Source: Nitrospinaceae bacterium
Lineage (GTDB): Bacteria; Nitrospinota_A; UBA7883; JAJDBK01
Length of the DNA stretch: 64,000 nucleotides
Assembly: GCA_029261405.1 (NCBI GenBank)
Contig: JAJDBK010000076.1
Span: 132 to 64,131, forward strand
Reading direction: 5' to 3'
The notes under the pieces are model-generated. The model was given only the letters and a program-made list of their open reading frames with translations. It was not told the origin of the DNA and did not search any database. Positions 1 through 10,264 of the stretch are shown here, piece by piece. The translations under genes were made by a program, and so were the position numbers. Position 1 is the stretch's first letter; each line of letters starts with the position of its first letter.

Positions 1-85
1 CAGGGACGACAAATTAATGGCGCGAGTATTGCATTTTTTCAGACGTTACCTGAAGAACAAACGACAACCGGGAGGAAACGGCTAA

Positions 86-205
86 GTGAGCGACTCAATA
101 AATATCGAACGGAAAATCACCATGATAAGGATGTTCGGATTGGTCAGTTTTATTGGAATCGCAATCGCCGTGGTCATGGTTGTCGAAGCCATCGTTAGCA
201 GGTAA
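86..205 (+). CDS. hypothetical small single-helix hydrophobic peptide (28 aa from ATG 122, or 40 aa from in-frame GTG 86)
   Basis: ATG at 122-124 through TAA at 203-205 encodes MIRMFGLVSFIGIAIAVVMVVEAIVSR. An in-frame GTG at 86 lies 7 nt downstream of GGAGG. It is too short for the supplied ORF track and nothing supports expression. Confidence 0.15.
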   Translation: MSDSINIERKITMIRMFGLVSFIGIAIAVVMVVEAIVSR

Positions 206-301
206 ATCTGATCCGGCTTGGCAGTATCGACCAATCAGATCGACAGGAAAACGGACCTTAAGGAACCTCGCCCACCGACACCCTCCCGGTGGGCGATATT
301 T

Positions 302-1360
302 TTATCCGCTCAACAGTCGTTTGACAAACTCCCAGTATAGATCGAGCGCAAATTCGAGCGCCTGTTTCGCGATTTTTACCGGCCCTTTGACGCGGGTCGG
401 AAACATGAAGATTTCACCTGGCATGAGTAGCTCACTATCGGATCTCACCTTAACCGCCTGTACCGCTCTCCTCTTTTCAGCAATCCTCTTTCTGTCGTGA
501 AAAACCATACCGATTCCACGCCACCATTCAGGTAAAGCGCCTTTGACTGTCAAAAATACCAGTTGAGCCAACTCGAAAAAGAGGAGCGCAGGCGAGAGGA
601 GGAGAAGTGACCTTGTGGAGTACGCTTTCAGTATAAGGTTCCATCTCCCTTTTATCTGGTACCTGAGCCGTTCCGGGTTTCGCCCCTCTTTTTCGAGGTG
701 ATATATCCTGGCCGAAGGTACCTGGACTACATTTCTCCCCGATGCTGAGACCCGGAATGTGAACTCCCCGTCGTCGTACCCGAAATTGAAATCCTCATCG
801 AAGCCGCCGAGACTTTCGGCCACATCCTTGCGTACCATCATGATACCGCCCGACCCGCACACGGTTTTTCGTACAGACGAATCGAAGCCGTCTGACAGGT
901 ATCGGTACCTGTCGGGCAGGATGGCAAAACAGACGTAGTGCAACTCTGCGCCATTTGAGTAGACCCTGTTCCTGATTTCAGAATCGAGAACCATAGGTGT
1001 GGTGACACCTGTTGAGGGGTACAATTCCATAGCCTCGACCAGTAATTTCAGGCAATCAGGCGCAAGAGTTATGTCGTTATCAGTAACGAAAACAAGATCA
1101 TGTTTCGACTCACGCAGAACCGTGTTGCGGGCGCTGTTCGGCCCCGCATTCTTATCCTGGACAAACATACGAACTTTGGGAAACCGCTCTTTCACATAAC
1201 TTACGCTCTCGTCGGTGGAACAATCGTCCACCACCAGAAGATCAAGGTTCGGATAGTCGCTCTCAAGTATTGAGTTTATGGTTTGTCCGATTATTTCCCG
1301 GCCATTGTAGTTGATTATCCCTACGGAAAGGGGTGGCCTGGTGTTTGCTTTATCGATCAT
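302..1360 (-). CDS. family 2 glycosyltransferase
   Basis: 352 aa ORF. The N-terminal GT-A fold shows VGIINYNG...DLLVVDDCSTDES...DKNAGPNSARN (DXD-type GT2 pattern). Confidence 0.8.
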   Translation of the reverse strand: MIDKANTRPPLSVGIINYNGREIIGQTINSILESDYPNLDLLVVDDCSTDESVSYVKERFPKVRMFVQDKNAGPNSARNTVLRESKHDLVFVTDNDITLAPDCLKLLVEAMELYPSTGVTTPMVLDSEIRNRVYSNGAELHYVCFAILPDRYRYLSDGFDSSVRKTVCGSGGIMMVRKDVAESLGGFDEDFNFGYDDGEFTFRVSASGRNVVQVPSARIYHLEKEGRNPERLRYQIKGRWNLILKAYSTRSLLLLSPALLFFELAQLVFLTVKGALPEWWRGIGMVFHDRKRIAEKRRAVQAVKVRSDSELLMPGEIFMFPTRVKGPVKIAKQALEFALDLYWEFVKRLLSG

Positions 1361-1449
1361 CTCTACTCATACTGTTTTTTGGGAACACAATTATGGCATA
1401 TGAGAAGGTCGGTGTATAATGCGATACGAATTCTAACAACAGGGTAAAA

Positions 1450-2316
1450 TTGTCTACCAGAAGAAGTTTCCTGAAAAACGGAGCGCGGCTGTTTGTGGTC
1501 GCCAGCCTGGGTAAAGGGATCTATAACACCACCGAGCCTGAACTCAAAAATGTTCAGTTAGAGCTACCCGACCTGCCGGCATCGTTTAGCGGAGTGAAGA
1601 TCGCTCTTCTTAGCGACTTTCACGCATCAGCAATATCGAATACCCGGCTTTTTGAACAAGCCGCCACCATGACCATGCAACAGAAACCGGACCTGATACT
1701 TCTTGCCGGAGATTTTATAACAAGCGAAACAAAGTTCCTTAATACCTCCATTGGCAAGTTCGACCGGAAACGGTTAGAAGAGATGTTAAGAGCCATTTCA
1801 AGGCTTAAAGCGCCTTTGGGAATCTACGCAACCCTCGGAAACCACGATTTCTGGAGCGGAGCCCATGCGGTAGACACCATAATCGACCAGATGAAAGGTC
1901 GCCTCGGAGCAGTGGTTTTACGAAACAACAACGTCGAAATAAAACGTAGAGATGAAAAAATTGTCCTGATGGGGGTGGACGATTATTGGGAAAAGACCTG
2001 CTCAGTAACAAAAGCCTACTCCGGCCTCGACCGTGAGTCGTTCAAAATCCTGTTAAGCCACAATCCCGATATCAACGCCGACATCCGTCATCAGATGAAG
2101 ATCGACCTTGTCCTCTCCGGGCATACGCATGGCGGACAGGTTTCATTGCCGCACATAGGGATGCCGTTCCTGCCATCACAATTTGGACAAAAATATATGG
2201 CGGGGCTGGTCCGGGACGGGAAACGTTACACCTATATCACCCGCGGTGTAGGTTACCTTATGGCGCCTGTCAGGATAAATTGCCCACCTGAAGTAACCGT
2301 AATCACACTGATTTAG
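1450..2316 (+). CDS. Tat-exported metallophosphoesterase (calcineurin-like)
   Basis: TTG start. The N-terminus STRRSFLKNGA matches a twin-arginine signal. Phosphoesterase motifs GDFIT, GNHDF and GHTHGGQ are present. Confidence 0.75.
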   Translation: MSTRRSFLKNGARLFVVASLGKGIYNTTEPELKNVQLELPDLPASFSGVKIALLSDFHASAISNTRLFEQAATMTMQQKPDLILLAGDFITSETKFLNTSIGKFDRKRLEEMLRAISRLKAPLGIYATLGNHDFWSGAHAVDTIIDQMKGRLGAVVLRNNNVEIKRRDEKIVLMGVDDYWEKTCSVTKAYSGLDRESFKILLSHNPDINADIRHQMKIDLVLSGHTHGGQVSLPHIGMPFLPSQFGQKYMAGLVRDGKRYTYITRGVGYLMAPVRINCPPEVTVITLI

Positions 2317-3602
2317 ATAACAGTCCCCGCGGGTATCACGGCTCCTTTAGGAACGATGACTATGCCGTCACGGATAAAATAGTTATCACCGTCGGCCTCG
2401 GTCACCCCTTTGACGTTGATGATTTTCGATCCGCTCCCGACTGAAACGTTCTTGTCGAGGATTGCCTTTTTGACCACCACATCGTCCCCGATTCCGCAAG
2501 GGGGCATTCCCTCCTCTCCTGGAGGGCGTTCGTAATAATCGGCGCCCATTATGTACGAGGATTCAATTCGGGTCCTTTTCCCTATGGTCGCGCGGATTCC
2601 TATTACAGACTTTGTAATACTCGATTCCGAGTCTATGAAACAACCGTCACTTATTACCGACTCGGATATCGTGGATCCGAGAAATCTTGAAGCGGTAAGG
2701 AACCGTTGATGGGTAAAGATCGTCCGCTTTTCGCCGTCGAAAAAATTGAAATCGGGTTTAGGAGAGCCAAGCTGGATATTCGCCTCGTAGAACGATTTTA
2801 TTGTTCCGATATCCTCCCAGTACCCGTTGAAAATATGGGCCTGTGTTTTATATTTCGACAAGGCCGCCGGAATTATATCTTTCCCGAAATCTATCTGGCT
2901 CTCGTCTTTAAGGATGTCGAGAAGAACTTTCGTCTCGAAAAAATAGATTCCCATACTGGCCAGCCACTCTTTTCCCGACCCTTGAATACCCTGTTTTTTC
3001 GAGAACGCTTCGCTGACTTTCATCGACTCGATAACTTCCGGGTCTTTCGGTTTTTCCGCGAACTCGGTGATTTTGCCGTCGTCGTTTATCCGCATCACAC
3101 CGAAACCCTCCACACTCTCCCGTGAAACCGGCAGAACGCTTATGGTTATGTCAGCCGAATTGTCGAGATGTGTTTTAAGGGCTTTTTTGTAATTCATCCT
3201 GTATAGCTGGTCCCCGCTTAATATGGCCACCCTTTTGTATTGGTGAATATTGGCCGAGGCGAGGCATTTGCGGACGGCGTCGGCGGTTCCCTGAAACCAG
3301 TCTTGCGCTCCTCCGTGGGTCTGTGAGGCGGCTAGTATGGAGACGAACCCCTTGGAATAGACATCCATCCTGTACGATCTGGATATATGTTCGTTTAAGG
3401 AGGCGCTCATGAACTGTGTCACTATGTAAATCCGCATAAGGCCGCTGTTGATGCAGTTACTTATAGGCACGTCGATCAACCTGTATTTTCCACCAAGAGG
3501 GACCGCCGGTTTGCACCGGTCCTTGGTCAGTGGATAGAGTCTGCTCCCCATTCCACCCCCCAGGATTATGGCTAAAGTATCGTTAGGAGTAACTCGTGGC
3601 AT
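2313..3602 (-). CDS. glgC: glucose-1-phosphate adenylyltransferase
   Basis: 429 aa. LAIILGGGMGSRLYPLTKDRCKPAVPLGGKYRLIDVPISNCINSG aligns closely with the ADP-glucose pyrophosphorylase N-terminal signature. The C-terminal left-handed beta-helix region is present. Confidence 0.85.
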   Translation of the reverse strand: MPRVTPNDTLAIILGGGMGSRLYPLTKDRCKPAVPLGGKYRLIDVPISNCINSGLMRIYIVTQFMSASLNEHISRSYRMDVYSKGFVSILAASQTHGGAQDWFQGTADAVRKCLASANIHQYKRVAILSGDQLYRMNYKKALKTHLDNSADITISVLPVSRESVEGFGVMRINDDGKITEFAEKPKDPEVIESMKVSEAFSKKQGIQGSGKEWLASMGIYFFETKVLLDILKDESQIDFGKDIIPAALSKYKTQAHIFNGYWEDIGTIKSFYEANIQLGSPKPDFNFFDGEKRTIFTHQRFLTASRFLGSTISESVISDGCFIDSESSITKSVIGIRATIGKRTRIESSYIMGADYYERPPGEEGMPPCGIGDDVVVKKAILDKNVSVGSGSKIINVKGVTEADGDNYFIRDGIVIVPKGAVIPAGTVI

Positions 3603-3631
3603 ATCTACCTCAATCTCTTAATGTTTGGTGT

Positions 3632-4351
3632 TCAATTAAACAGGTTATAGCGAAAAATGCAGTAGACCGCTCTCACCGCATCCCTGAATCCGATCTTTTT
3701 CCCTTCGCCGTAGGTTCTTCCGTAGTAGGAGATCCCCACTTCGTAAATGGCGACATCGAGTTTCGATATCTTCGCCGTCATCTCAGGTTCGACACCGAAA
3801 CGTTTCTCCTCGATTACGAACTGGCGCAACACATCGGTTGCAAAAACCTTGTAGCAGGTCTCCATGTCGGTAAGGTTCAGGTTGGTGAACATATTCGACA
3901 GGGTTGTCAGGATGGCGTTGGCCACCCTGTGCCAGAAGAGCAGAACCCTGTGCGGGTCGCCACTTGAAAACCGGCTACCGTAGACAACATCCGCCTTCCC
4001 CGAAATAATCGGATCGAGCAGGCGGGGATACTCCGCCGGGTCGTATTCGAGGTCAGCGTCCTGGATTATGGTTACCTCCCCTGTGGTCATCTCGAATCCA
4101 CTGGAAAGCGCCGCCCCTTTCCCCATGTTGACGTCGTGGCGTTTGGTGCGGAGTGTATCGCCATACTGTCTCGTGAGATCCTCGATTACCTCGTCCGATC
4201 CATCTGTGGAATGGTCGTCGATAACGATAATCTCAAGCTCGTATTTTTCGAATAGAGGCTGTTTAGCCACTGTTTCGACAATTTTGCGCAGTGTGGACAC
4301 CTCATTGTAGCAAGGAATGACTACACTTATCTTTTGCACTGTAAAAGACAT
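3632..4351 (-). CDS. family 2 glycosyltransferase (DPM1/polyprenyl-phosphate glycosyltransferase-like)
   Basis: VVIPCYNE...[12 protein letters not shown]...[11 protein letters not shown]. The ORF in the track begins at a GTG at 4405. An internal ATG at 4349-4351 has an AAGGGA-type RBS and is preferred. Confidence 0.7.
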   Translation of the reverse strand: MSFTVQKISVVIPCYNEVSTLRKIVETVAKQPLFEKYELEIIVIDDHSTDGSDEVIEDLTRQYGDTLRTKRHDVNMGKGAALSSGFEMTTGEVTIIQDADLEYDPAEYPRLLDPIISGKADVVYGSRFSSGDPHRVLLFWHRVANAILTTLSNMFTNLNLTDMETCYKVFATDVLRQFVIEEKRFGVEPEMTAKISKLDVAIYEVGISYYGRTYGEGKKIGFRDAVRAVYCIFRYNLFN

Positions 4352-4535
4352 TTGGTCCCTTTTACCCCGATTCTTTATAAGGATAACAGTATATCCAATT
4401 ATCACCCGCGAAAACAGTGGAGCCTCTTTACTTTACAGGATGGTCAAACTAAACTTGTCTGACCGGTTCATTAATACACGATTACGGTTAAGATTCTATA
4501 AAGGTGTGCAAAACGCACATATATACGGAGAAAAA

Positions 4536-5726
4536 ATGCCACAACCCGATCCGTCCGGTCATTTCGATCAATTCGGAGGCCGTTACGTCATAGAAACGCT
4601 GATGCCAGCCCTGACAGCGCTGGAAGCCGAATTCAACAAGGCGTCGAAGGATAAAAAGTTCAAAAAAGAGCTGGACCGACTTCGATCCACCTACATAGGC
4701 CGACAAACGCCCCTCTATTTTGCAAAACGGCTCTCCGATCATTGCAAAGGCGCAAGAATTTACCTGAAGCGAGAGGATTTGAACCATACCGGCGCCCACA
4801 AGATAAACAACACCATCGGTCAGGCTCTGCTGGCCCTGCGCATGAAGAAAAAAAGAGTCATCGCGGAGACTGGCGCCGGACAACATGGTGTCGCCACAGC
4901 CACTGCGGCGGCTTTGTTCGGTCTTGAGTGCGAGGTCTTTATGGGCGCCAAGGATATGGAGCGCCAGAAACTCAACGTCTTCCGGATGAAACTGCTCGGC
5001 GCAAAGGTTCGCAAGGTCGAAAGCGGCACAAAAACGCTGAAAGACGCTACGTCAGAAGCGATACGGGACTGGATATCTACGGTCAACGACACCCACTACA
5101 TCATAGGCTCAGTGGTCGGCCCCCATCCGTTTCCGAAAATAGTACGGGAATACCAGGCGATCATCGGCGAAGAGACGAAGTTTCAGATGATGGTTAAAGA
5201 GGGGCGGTTACCCGACACGTTGATAGCCTGTGTCGGTGGCGGCTCCAACGCCATGGGGTTTTTTCATGCTTTCCACGGCGACGAAGAGGTCGGCATGATC
5301 GGTGTGGAGGCTGGCGGTCTCGGTCTTTCGACCGGGATGCACGGCGCTCCCCTTGCCAAAGGTAAAGTGGGGGTGCTTCACGGTTCAAAAAGTTACGTCA
5401 TGCTCGACAAGAATGGACAAGTGATGGATACCCACTCTATCTCCGCCGGACTCGACTATCCGGGGGTCGGTCCCGAGCATTCCTGGTACAAGGAAACTAA
5501 ACGGGCAAGCTACGTGACCATCAACGACAAGGAGGCGTTAAAAGCGTTTCAGACCCTCGCTCAACTCGAAGGTGTCATTCCCGCCTTCGAGTCGGCCCAC
5601 GCCATCGCCCACGCCATGAAAGTGGCGAAAAAAGCGTCGAAAAAAGATGTGATCGCTGTATGTCTATCTGGACGCGGTGATAAGGATGTGGAAGTCGCCC
5701 AACAAATTTTCGGAGGTGACGAATAG
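4536..5726 (+). CDS. trpB: tryptophan synthase beta subunit
   Basis: [14 protein letters not shown]...[39 protein letters not shown] is a canonical TrpB PLP enzyme. The ATG at 4536 ([17 protein letters not shown]) is preferred over the upstream extension in the ORF track. Confidence 0.9.
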   Translation: MPQPDPSGHFDQFGGRYVIETLMPALTALEAEFNKASKDKKFKKELDRLRSTYIGRQTPLYFAKRLSDHCKGARIYLKREDLNHTGAHKINNTIGQALLALRMKKKRVIAETGAGQHGVATATAAALFGLECEVFMGAKDMERQKLNVFRMKLLGAKVRKVESGTKTLKDATSEAIRDWISTVNDTHYIIGSVVGPHPFPKIVREYQAIIGEETKFQMMVKEGRLPDTLIACVGGGSNAMGFFHAFHGDEEVGMIGVEAGGLGLSTGMHGAPLAKGKVGVLHGSKSYVMLDKNGQVMDTHSISAGLDYPGVGPEHSWYKETKRASYVTINDKEALKAFQTLAQLEGVIPAFESAHAIAHAMKVAKKASKKDVIAVCLSGRGDKDVEVAQQIFGGDE

Positions 5727-6511
5727 TGAGCGCCATAACAAACGCATTTAACAGAGGCCATAAAGGGCTGGTGATATTCCTTACCGCAGGCGCCCCCAGT
5801 CTCGCCGGGACTCTAGATCTGGTGAAATCCGCATACGATAACGGCGCGGATGTTATAGAGCTTGGCATCCCCTTCTCCGATCCGTTGGCGGACGGGCCGG
5901 TGATTCTCGAATCGTTCTACCGGGCCATAAAAAAAGGGACGACACTTAAAAAATCGATTGAAACCGTTCATACGATCCGCAAATCGTGCGACGCGCCGCT
6001 GGTTTTCATGCTCTCCTCGACTCTGATTATCAATCACGGAACAAAAAAGTTCATGACCGATACCGCATCGGCGGGAGTCGATGGGTTGATTATCCCGGAC
6101 GTGCCGATAGAGGAGGCGGATGAGTTTCTCCCCCTGGCGAAAAAAGCGGGCCTCGACACCATCATGCTGGCGGCGCCTACCTCCACACCGCAAAGGATGC
6201 GGGCGATAGTAAAGTTGAGCAGTGGATTCGTCTATTACATCAACGTGACCGGTGTAACAGGCGCCAAGAAAGCGGCGCCAAAAGAGAGCGCCAAAAACAT
6301 CAAGACGTTAAAATCGATGACAAAACTGCCGGTCCTGGCAGGATTTGGTGTCACAGACCCGCAACAGGCGAAAGCGATGTCTAAGATGTCCGACGGCGTT
6401 ATCATCGGCACCCAGGCGATCAGGGTTATTACCGCCGCAAAGAACCAGAAGCGGGCCGTTGCCGACCTGGGTAAATTCGTGAAAAGCGTCAGAAAAGAGA
6501 TCGATTCGTAA
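5726..6511 (+). CDS. trpA: tryptophan synthase alpha subunit
   Basis: GTG start overlaps the trpB stop by 1 nt. The sequence LVIFLTAGAPSLAGTLDLVKSAYDNGADVIELGIPFSDPLADGPVI is a TrpA signature. Confidence 0.9.
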   Translation: MSAITNAFNRGHKGLVIFLTAGAPSLAGTLDLVKSAYDNGADVIELGIPFSDPLADGPVILESFYRAIKKGTTLKKSIETVHTIRKSCDAPLVFMLSSTLIINHGTKKFMTDTASAGVDGLIIPDVPIEEADEFLPLAKKAGLDTIMLAAPTSTPQRMRAIVKLSSGFVYYINVTGVTGAKKAAPKESAKNIKTLKSMTKLPVLAGFGVTDPQQAKAMSKMSDGVIIGTQAIRVITAAKNQKRAVADLGKFVKSVRKEIDS

Positions 6512-6513
6512 AT

Positions 6514-7545
6514 TTAGCTTTGAGCCGCAGGCTCCTGCATGGTCAGGCAATGGATACTGCCTAGCCCCAATACAAGATCCACGGCATGCACACCGTAGAC
6601 AACCCGGTCGGGAAAAAGCTCACGCATGATACCGAGGGCTTTGTAATCGTTCGGATCGTTGAATGTCGGAACTAAAACCGCATCGTTGAGAATATAAAAA
6701 TTAGCATAGGATGCGGGAAGGCGGTCTCCGTCAAAATATAACGGACCCGGCATAGGTAACAAAACGACCTCCGGTTTCGAGCCGTCTTGCAAACGAGCCG
6801 CTTCTAACCGTTCCCGGTTCTCCTGCAAGGCGTGGTAATTAACGTCGCCCGCATCCTTTTCGTGCGCCAGAACGATGGTATTTTCGTTTACGAACCTGCA
6901 CACATCGTCCACATGACCGTGGGTGTCGTCCCCTTCAATGCCTTTCCCTAGCCATATAACATTGGTGGCCCCTAAAAAACTTTCGAGCATTTTCTCTACC
7001 TGTCCCCTGTCGAAACCTGGATTGCGCGTCTGCACAGCTTGATCGAGAAGACACTCTTCTGTGGCGATAAGCGATCCCGCCCCGTTTACGTCGATAGCTC
7101 CCCCCTCCAGCACAATTTCCCGACCATCTATAATAACCGGGTAGAGGTCGAGAGCGAGTTTATCGGCGATCTTCTCCGGGACCAGCCTGTCTTTTGCGAA
7201 ATCGTCATACTTTGACCAGGCGTCAAAATGAAATCTTGCGACAGCTTTTTTTCCACCGGAATTTGTAACAAACAGAGGGCCAGAGTCGCGTATCCAGCTT
7301 CTGTTGGTGGGAATTTCGATCAACTCAACCGAGTCTGTCTTCGCTCCAGACCGCGCAAAAGAGGTCTCCTTATTTCCCGGTTCGACCAGTAGCCAGACTT
7401 TTTCGTGACGGCTAATGATCTTTATCATCTCGGCAAACGCCCATTTGACGGCGTTCATTTTACCAGGCCAATCGTCCCTGTTGTGGGGCCACACAAGCCA
7501 TGTAGCCTCGTGAGCGGTCCACTCCGCAGGCAAAAACGGTGTCAT
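6514..7545 (-). CDS. aguA: agmatine deiminase
   Basis: PAEWTAHEATWLVWPHNRDDWPG N-terminus and length (343 aa) are typical of agmatine/porphyromonas-type deiminases. Confidence 0.8.
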   Translation of the reverse strand: MTPFLPAEWTAHEATWLVWPHNRDDWPGKMNAVKWAFAEMIKIISRHEKVWLLVEPGNKETSFARSGAKTDSVELIEIPTNRSWIRDSGPLFVTNSGGKKAVARFHFDAWSKYDDFAKDRLVPEKIADKLALDLYPVIIDGREIVLEGGAIDVNGAGSLIATEECLLDQAVQTRNPGFDRGQVEKMLESFLGATNVIWLGKGIEGDDTHGHVDDVCRFVNENTIVLAHEKDAGDVNYHALQENRERLEAARLQDGSKPEVVLLPMPGPLYFDGDRLPASYANFYILNDAVLVPTFNDPNDYKALGIMRELFPDRVVYGVHAVDLVLGLGSIHCLTMQEPAAQS

Positions 7546-8414
7546 CTTGATGTAATGCCGCCGTAAAGGTCGATCCGCCTGTCACGAAAAAAAGGCCAGG
7601 TCCGGCGCGTCTTTTCTATAAGGGAGAGGTCTATCTTCGCCACGATTACCTGTTCTTCTGTTTCAGAAGCGGAGTCGATAATTTCACCCAGTGGGCCTGC
7701 GATAAAACTCGATCCAAAAAAATCTATTCCACCACCATCTGCGTTTCCCTCGCACCCGACACGATTAACAGCCGCCACAAAAAGACCGTTGGCGATGGCG
7801 TTTCCTCTCTGGACAGTAATCCACGCCTGACGCATTTTTTCGCCCTCGCTCCCTCGTTCATCTGGCAGAAGGCCGATAGCGCTCGGGTAGAAGATGATGT
7901 CAGCCCCCATCATCGCCGTCAATCTTGCCGCCTCCGGGAACCACTGGTCCCAGCAGATCAGCACGCCAACCTTGATGAATCCGAGATCAAAAGCCTTAAA
8001 ACCGAGGTCACCCGGCGCAAAATAGTATTTTTCGTGGAATGAAGGGTCGTCAGGAATATGGGTCTTTCTGTAGAGTCCCGCCTCGGTCCCATCGCTGTTG
8101 ATTACCATGGAGGAGTTGAAATAGAGACCGGGACCGCTCCGCTCGAAAAAGGGAACAACCAGCGCCACCTTTCTCCTCTCAGCAAGCTTCATGAACCTTT
8201 TCAACAGAGGGTCGTCGCGCCCGATGGCCAGATCAAAATTTGAGTCGTTGTGGGATTGGCAAAAATAACGGGTGGCAAAAAGCTCAGGTAAACATACAAT
8301 CCTCGCCCCCCTGTCCGCGGCGCGTTCTACCATGCCGACCGCTTTTTCGACGTTTTCGCCGGTCTTCTCCGACATGGTCATCTGGATCAGGCCAACGCTG
8401 ATTTTTTCTTTCAA
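7542..8414 (-). CDS. aguB: N-carbamoylputrescine amidase (carbon-nitrogen hydrolase family)
   Basis: Nitrilase-superfamily fold with VGLIQMTMSEKTGENVEKAV...RIVCLPELF. There is a 4-nt overlap with aguA, suggesting translational coupling. Confidence 0.8.
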   Translation of the reverse strand: MKEKISVGLIQMTMSEKTGENVEKAVGMVERAADRGARIVCLPELFATRYFCQSHNDSNFDLAIGRDDPLLKRFMKLAERRKVALVVPFFERSGPGLYFNSSMVINSDGTEAGLYRKTHIPDDPSFHEKYYFAPGDLGFKAFDLGFIKVGVLICWDQWFPEAARLTAMMGADIIFYPSAIGLLPDERGSEGEKMRQAWITVQRGNAIANGLFVAAVNRVGCEGNADGGGIDFFGSSFIAGPLGEIIDSASETEEQVIVAKIDLSLIEKTRRTWPFFRDRRIDLYGGITSR

Positions 8415-8467
8415 TGTCCGTACCTTTAAATTGGTAAGATAGAGTATTGTAACAATTTGGTTAGAAT

Positions 8468-9547
8468 ATGGCGGCGCTGAAAAAAAATATCACGCTGGTT
8501 CTCTGGTTTGCGGCGGTAGTTCTCTTTTCCGGAGCTACAACGGCTCATTCAGCGGACGAAGAGGAGATCGGTCGGGAAACCGACATCCAGATTGTTAAAC
8601 GGTTCGGTCTCTACGACAACCCGAAAGTCACCGAATACGTCGAACGTGTGGCTCGCCGGACTCTCGACAAGATAAGCGACCGGGAGTTCGAGTTTCATTT
8701 CAAGACCCTCGACGACGATATGGTGAACGCATTCGCCCTGCCGGGCGGTTATATCTATGTCACGCGCGGACTTTTGGCCACCCTCGACTCGGAAGCGGCT
8801 TTAGCCTGTGTCATCGGCCATGAGATCGGACATGTCATAGGCCATCACTCGATCCGGCAAGCGAAAAAAAGTATCGGTTCACTGCTCCTTAGCCTCGGAG
8901 CCATGGCTGTCAGCAAAGAAGCAAGAGATAACGCGGCGGCGTGGATTACCGTAACAACCTCTATTTCGCAACAGACCCTGGCAGGGTACGGGAGGGAGTT
9001 TGAGATCGAATCGGACCAGATAGGAATGATTACCGCACACGAAGCGGGATACAACCCCGTAGGGATGTCTGGTTTCTTAAGAACGTTACAACGTATGGAG
9101 CAGTTGGGGGGACGGACCTACCATGGGTTCATGGCGTCTCATCCCGATACGATATCCAGAATAATCGAATCGGAACAGAAATCAGAACTGCTACTATTAC
9201 GAAAAGACGAAGTCAGACTCTACCGTGACCGGTATCTTTCAGCCATCGCCGGTATGGATTACGGCAAGGCGGAACGACGTGGTCAAACATCGCCCCCCTA
9301 CAAAATCCGTATCCATACGGTAAAAGAGGGTGAGACCTTCCTGTCGATAGCCGAGCAATCTGTGGGGGACGGTGGCAAGGGGATCGAAATCGCGGCGCTA
9401 AACAACATGGATGTCACCGAACATCTGACGCCGGGAAAAAAGATAAAGACCCTGGTTAAATCTGAACCGAAAGATAAATACATTATATTAAATGAGAGGA
9501 GTGAAGATGAAATCAGCCCTGGAACTGGCGATGGAGAAAGCCAATAA
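8468..9547 (+). CDS. M48 family metallopeptidase with C-terminal LysM domain, signal peptide
   Basis: HEIGHVIGHH zinc motif (HExxH). The N-terminal signal is LVLWFAAVVLFSGATTAHSA. The C-terminus IRIHTVKEGETFLSIAEQ...ALNNM is LysM-like. Confidence 0.7.
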   Translation: MAALKKNITLVLWFAAVVLFSGATTAHSADEEEIGRETDIQIVKRFGLYDNPKVTEYVERVARRTLDKISDREFEFHFKTLDDDMVNAFALPGGYIYVTRGLLATLDSEAALACVIGHEIGHVIGHHSIRQAKKSIGSLLLSLGAMAVSKEARDNAAAWITVTTSISQQTLAGYGREFEIESDQIGMITAHEAGYNPVGMSGFLRTLQRMEQLGGRTYHGFMASHPDTISRIIESEQKSELLLLRKDEVRLYRDRYLSAIAGMDYGKAERRGQTSPPYKIRIHTVKEGETFLSIAEQSVGDGGKGIEIAALNNMDVTEHLTPGKKIKTLVKSEPKDKYIILNERSEDEISPGTGDGESQ

Positions 9548-9794
9548 CATAACTGGCGGCAAGAGTGTCAAGCTCGACAAAGAGCAGAAAGAGAAGATAG
9601 CTGAAGTCAGGAGTATCGGTGAGGCGAAAATAGCCGAGGCGAAGATCATGCTTGATGACAAGTTGGCAAACATGACCAGAAAACCTGGGCTTTTCGCCGA
9701 AATTGAAAAAATCAAGGAAGAGTACCGGACTGATATAGAACGGGTTGAAAGTGACGTAGAACGAAAAGTGGACAAAATCCGAAACCGGAGTTAG
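9507..9794 (+). CDS. hypothetical small coiled-coil protein (95 aa)
   Basis: ATG at 9507 is preceded by a GAGAGGAG RBS. The product is rich in K/E heptads (KIAEVRSIGEAKIAEAKIMLDDKLANM). Its 5-prime end overlaps the last 41 nt of the M48 gene in another frame. Confidence 0.35.
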   Translation: MKSALELAMEKANNITGGKSVKLDKEQKEKIAEVRSIGEAKIAEAKIMLDDKLANMTRKPGLFAEIEKIKEEYRTDIERVESDVERKVDKIRNRS

Positions 9795-9853
9795 ACTCGG
9801 TATCAGTTATATATTTTGTAGCGTCAGGAAAAACTTAACAGAGGCGACCAACT

Positions 9854-10258
9854 ATGTTCATGGAGTGGGAAGAGGGTTTCAGCGTTAACGTTGATAAATT
9901 CGATGAACAGCATAAAAAGCTGATCAACATGATAAATGAGCTCCATGACGGCATCGTGCAAGGACGCGCCAAAGCGCTGGTAGGAGACATTCTTGACCAG
10001 CTCATCGACTATACGGAATACCACTTCGCGGCCGAAGAAGACCTGATGACCTTAACCGAATATCCGGGTAAGGAAGATCACATTAAAGAGCACTGGGATC
10101 TGATCTACAAAGTCAAGGATCTCAAGGGCGATTTTGAAAGCAACGAAAGAGCCATGAACGTCGAAGTTATGGCATTTCTTGTAAAGTGGTTGACCACACA
10201 CATCTCCGTGACAGACAAGATGTACAGCTCCCACTTCAACGATCATGGCGTCAGCTAG
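9854..10258 (+). CDS. bacteriohemerythrin (single-domain)
   Basis: 134 aa. Hemerythrin iron-ligand pattern: H..xxE (DEQHKKLINMINELH), HF..EE (EYHFAAEEDLM), H...H (KEHWDLI) and WLTTHISVTD. Confidence 0.8.
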   Translation: MFMEWEEGFSVNVDKFDEQHKKLINMINELHDGIVQGRAKALVGDILDQLIDYTEYHFAAEEDLMTLTEYPGKEDHIKEHWDLIYKVKDLKGDFESNERAMNVEVMAFLVKWLTTHISVTDKMYSSHFNDHGVS

Positions 10259-10264
10259 TGGCTC

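Noticed and set aside
153-500. 115-aa plus-strand ORF at the window start
   Set aside because: It overlaps the well-supported GT2 gene on the opposite strand and has no recognisable domain. It is probably spurious.
1421-1432. TATAAT hexamer 20 nt upstream of the phosphoesterase start
   Set aside because: It is too close to the start codon to leave room for a leader with the observed RBS, and it has no convincing -35. This is probably chance in an AT-rich spacer.
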